Shown: in pieces, positions 63,757 to 64,000 of the stretch
Position numbering within the stretch: position 1 is the stretch's first letter
Layout of the letters: each line of letters begins with the position of its first letter
Origin: Lewinellaceae bacterium
Lineage (GTDB): Bacteria > Bacteroidota > Bacteroidia > Chitinophagales > Saprospiraceae
DNA length: 64,000 nucleotides
NCBI GenBank assembly: GCA_020636215.1
Contig: JACJYG010000004.1
Location: 866,142-930,141 of the forward strand
Direction: 5' to 3'
Translations under genes and position numbers: made by a program
The notes under the pieces: generated by a model
What the model was told of the DNA's origin: nothing
The model's input: only the letters and a program-made list of their open reading frames with translations
Database searches by the model: none

Positions 63757-64000
63757 CACTCCCCTTCCTCCGCTCCCCAATTCCGCAACAGTATTTCCGG
63801 GCTGGCCAGATACCACTGCTCTTTGTCTTTAGAATAGCCGAAAGAAGCGTGAGGCAAGAGACGGTTGAGCAGGCGGGCCACCACTTTCAGTCGTTTTGGG
63901 GGTAGGCCAACCGTAATCTCATCACCGTTGATGAGCTTGAAATATAGGGTACAACTACTGCCTACCTGCAGGCCAAAAGGCAGGCGTTGAGTAACAACTG
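63756..64000 (-). CDS. C-terminal end of an unidentified protein (5' part beyond the window end)
   Basis: Not in the track because it is edge-truncated. The reverse frame is open from 63998 to the stop at 63758..63756. It reads ...VVTQRLPFGLQVGSSCTLYFKLINGDEITVGLPPKRLKVVARLLNRLLPHASFGYSKDKEQWYLASPEILLRNWGAEEGE. Confidence 0.5.
   Translation of the reverse strand, partial: VVTQRLPFGLQVGSSCTLYFKLINGDEITVGLPPKRLKVVARLLNRLLPHASFGYSKDKEQWYLASPEILLRNWGAEEGE

Overview
64-kb chromosomal segment, most likely from a Bacteroidota genome, possibly Saprospiria-like. That assignment is an inference from T9SS type A and type B C-terminal sorting domains, SprB-type repeats, SPOR fusions and TAnnTTTG promoter boxes. 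I support about 48 protein genes. Most are housekeeping: fused 2-oxoacid dehydrogenase E1, dnaX, nadE, coaX, purH, tdk, fbaB, a PPi-type pfk and dacB. There are three accessory-looking zones. (1) An arsenic island (SigZ-like sigma, arsM, ACR3, LMW-PTP/ArsC-like, arsR) is split by a 3.1-kb two-gene cassette bracketed by an 82-bp perfect direct repeat. (2) A cluster at 50.5-62.6 kb is dominated by enzymes acting on D-amino-acid and cell-wall peptides. (3) The right edge carries an M.HaeIII-like C5 cytosine methyltransferase next to a decayed Rpn-like gene and an unidentified edge-truncated gene. I found no rRNA, tRNA, CRISPR array, intact transposase, or recognisable canonical defence system (CBASS, retron, Gabija and similar). 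The most unusual signal is non-coding. Nearly every gene end carries hairpins and tandem arrays built from 7-, 8- or 9-nt words, and many surround a conserved core of about 50 nt (GGTTTTTTACCCGGCTGA...GGAGGACGGGCTGG). Other points worth a second look are an A9 slippery tract in dnaX with stops in both alternative frames, a disrupted HEXXH lipoprotein gene with a (CA)7 tract between an out-of-frame ATG and its signal peptide, and a 24-bp perfect palindrome inside the ars operon. All coordinates, alignments and translations were done by eye. Family names are motif-based recollections that need database confirmation.
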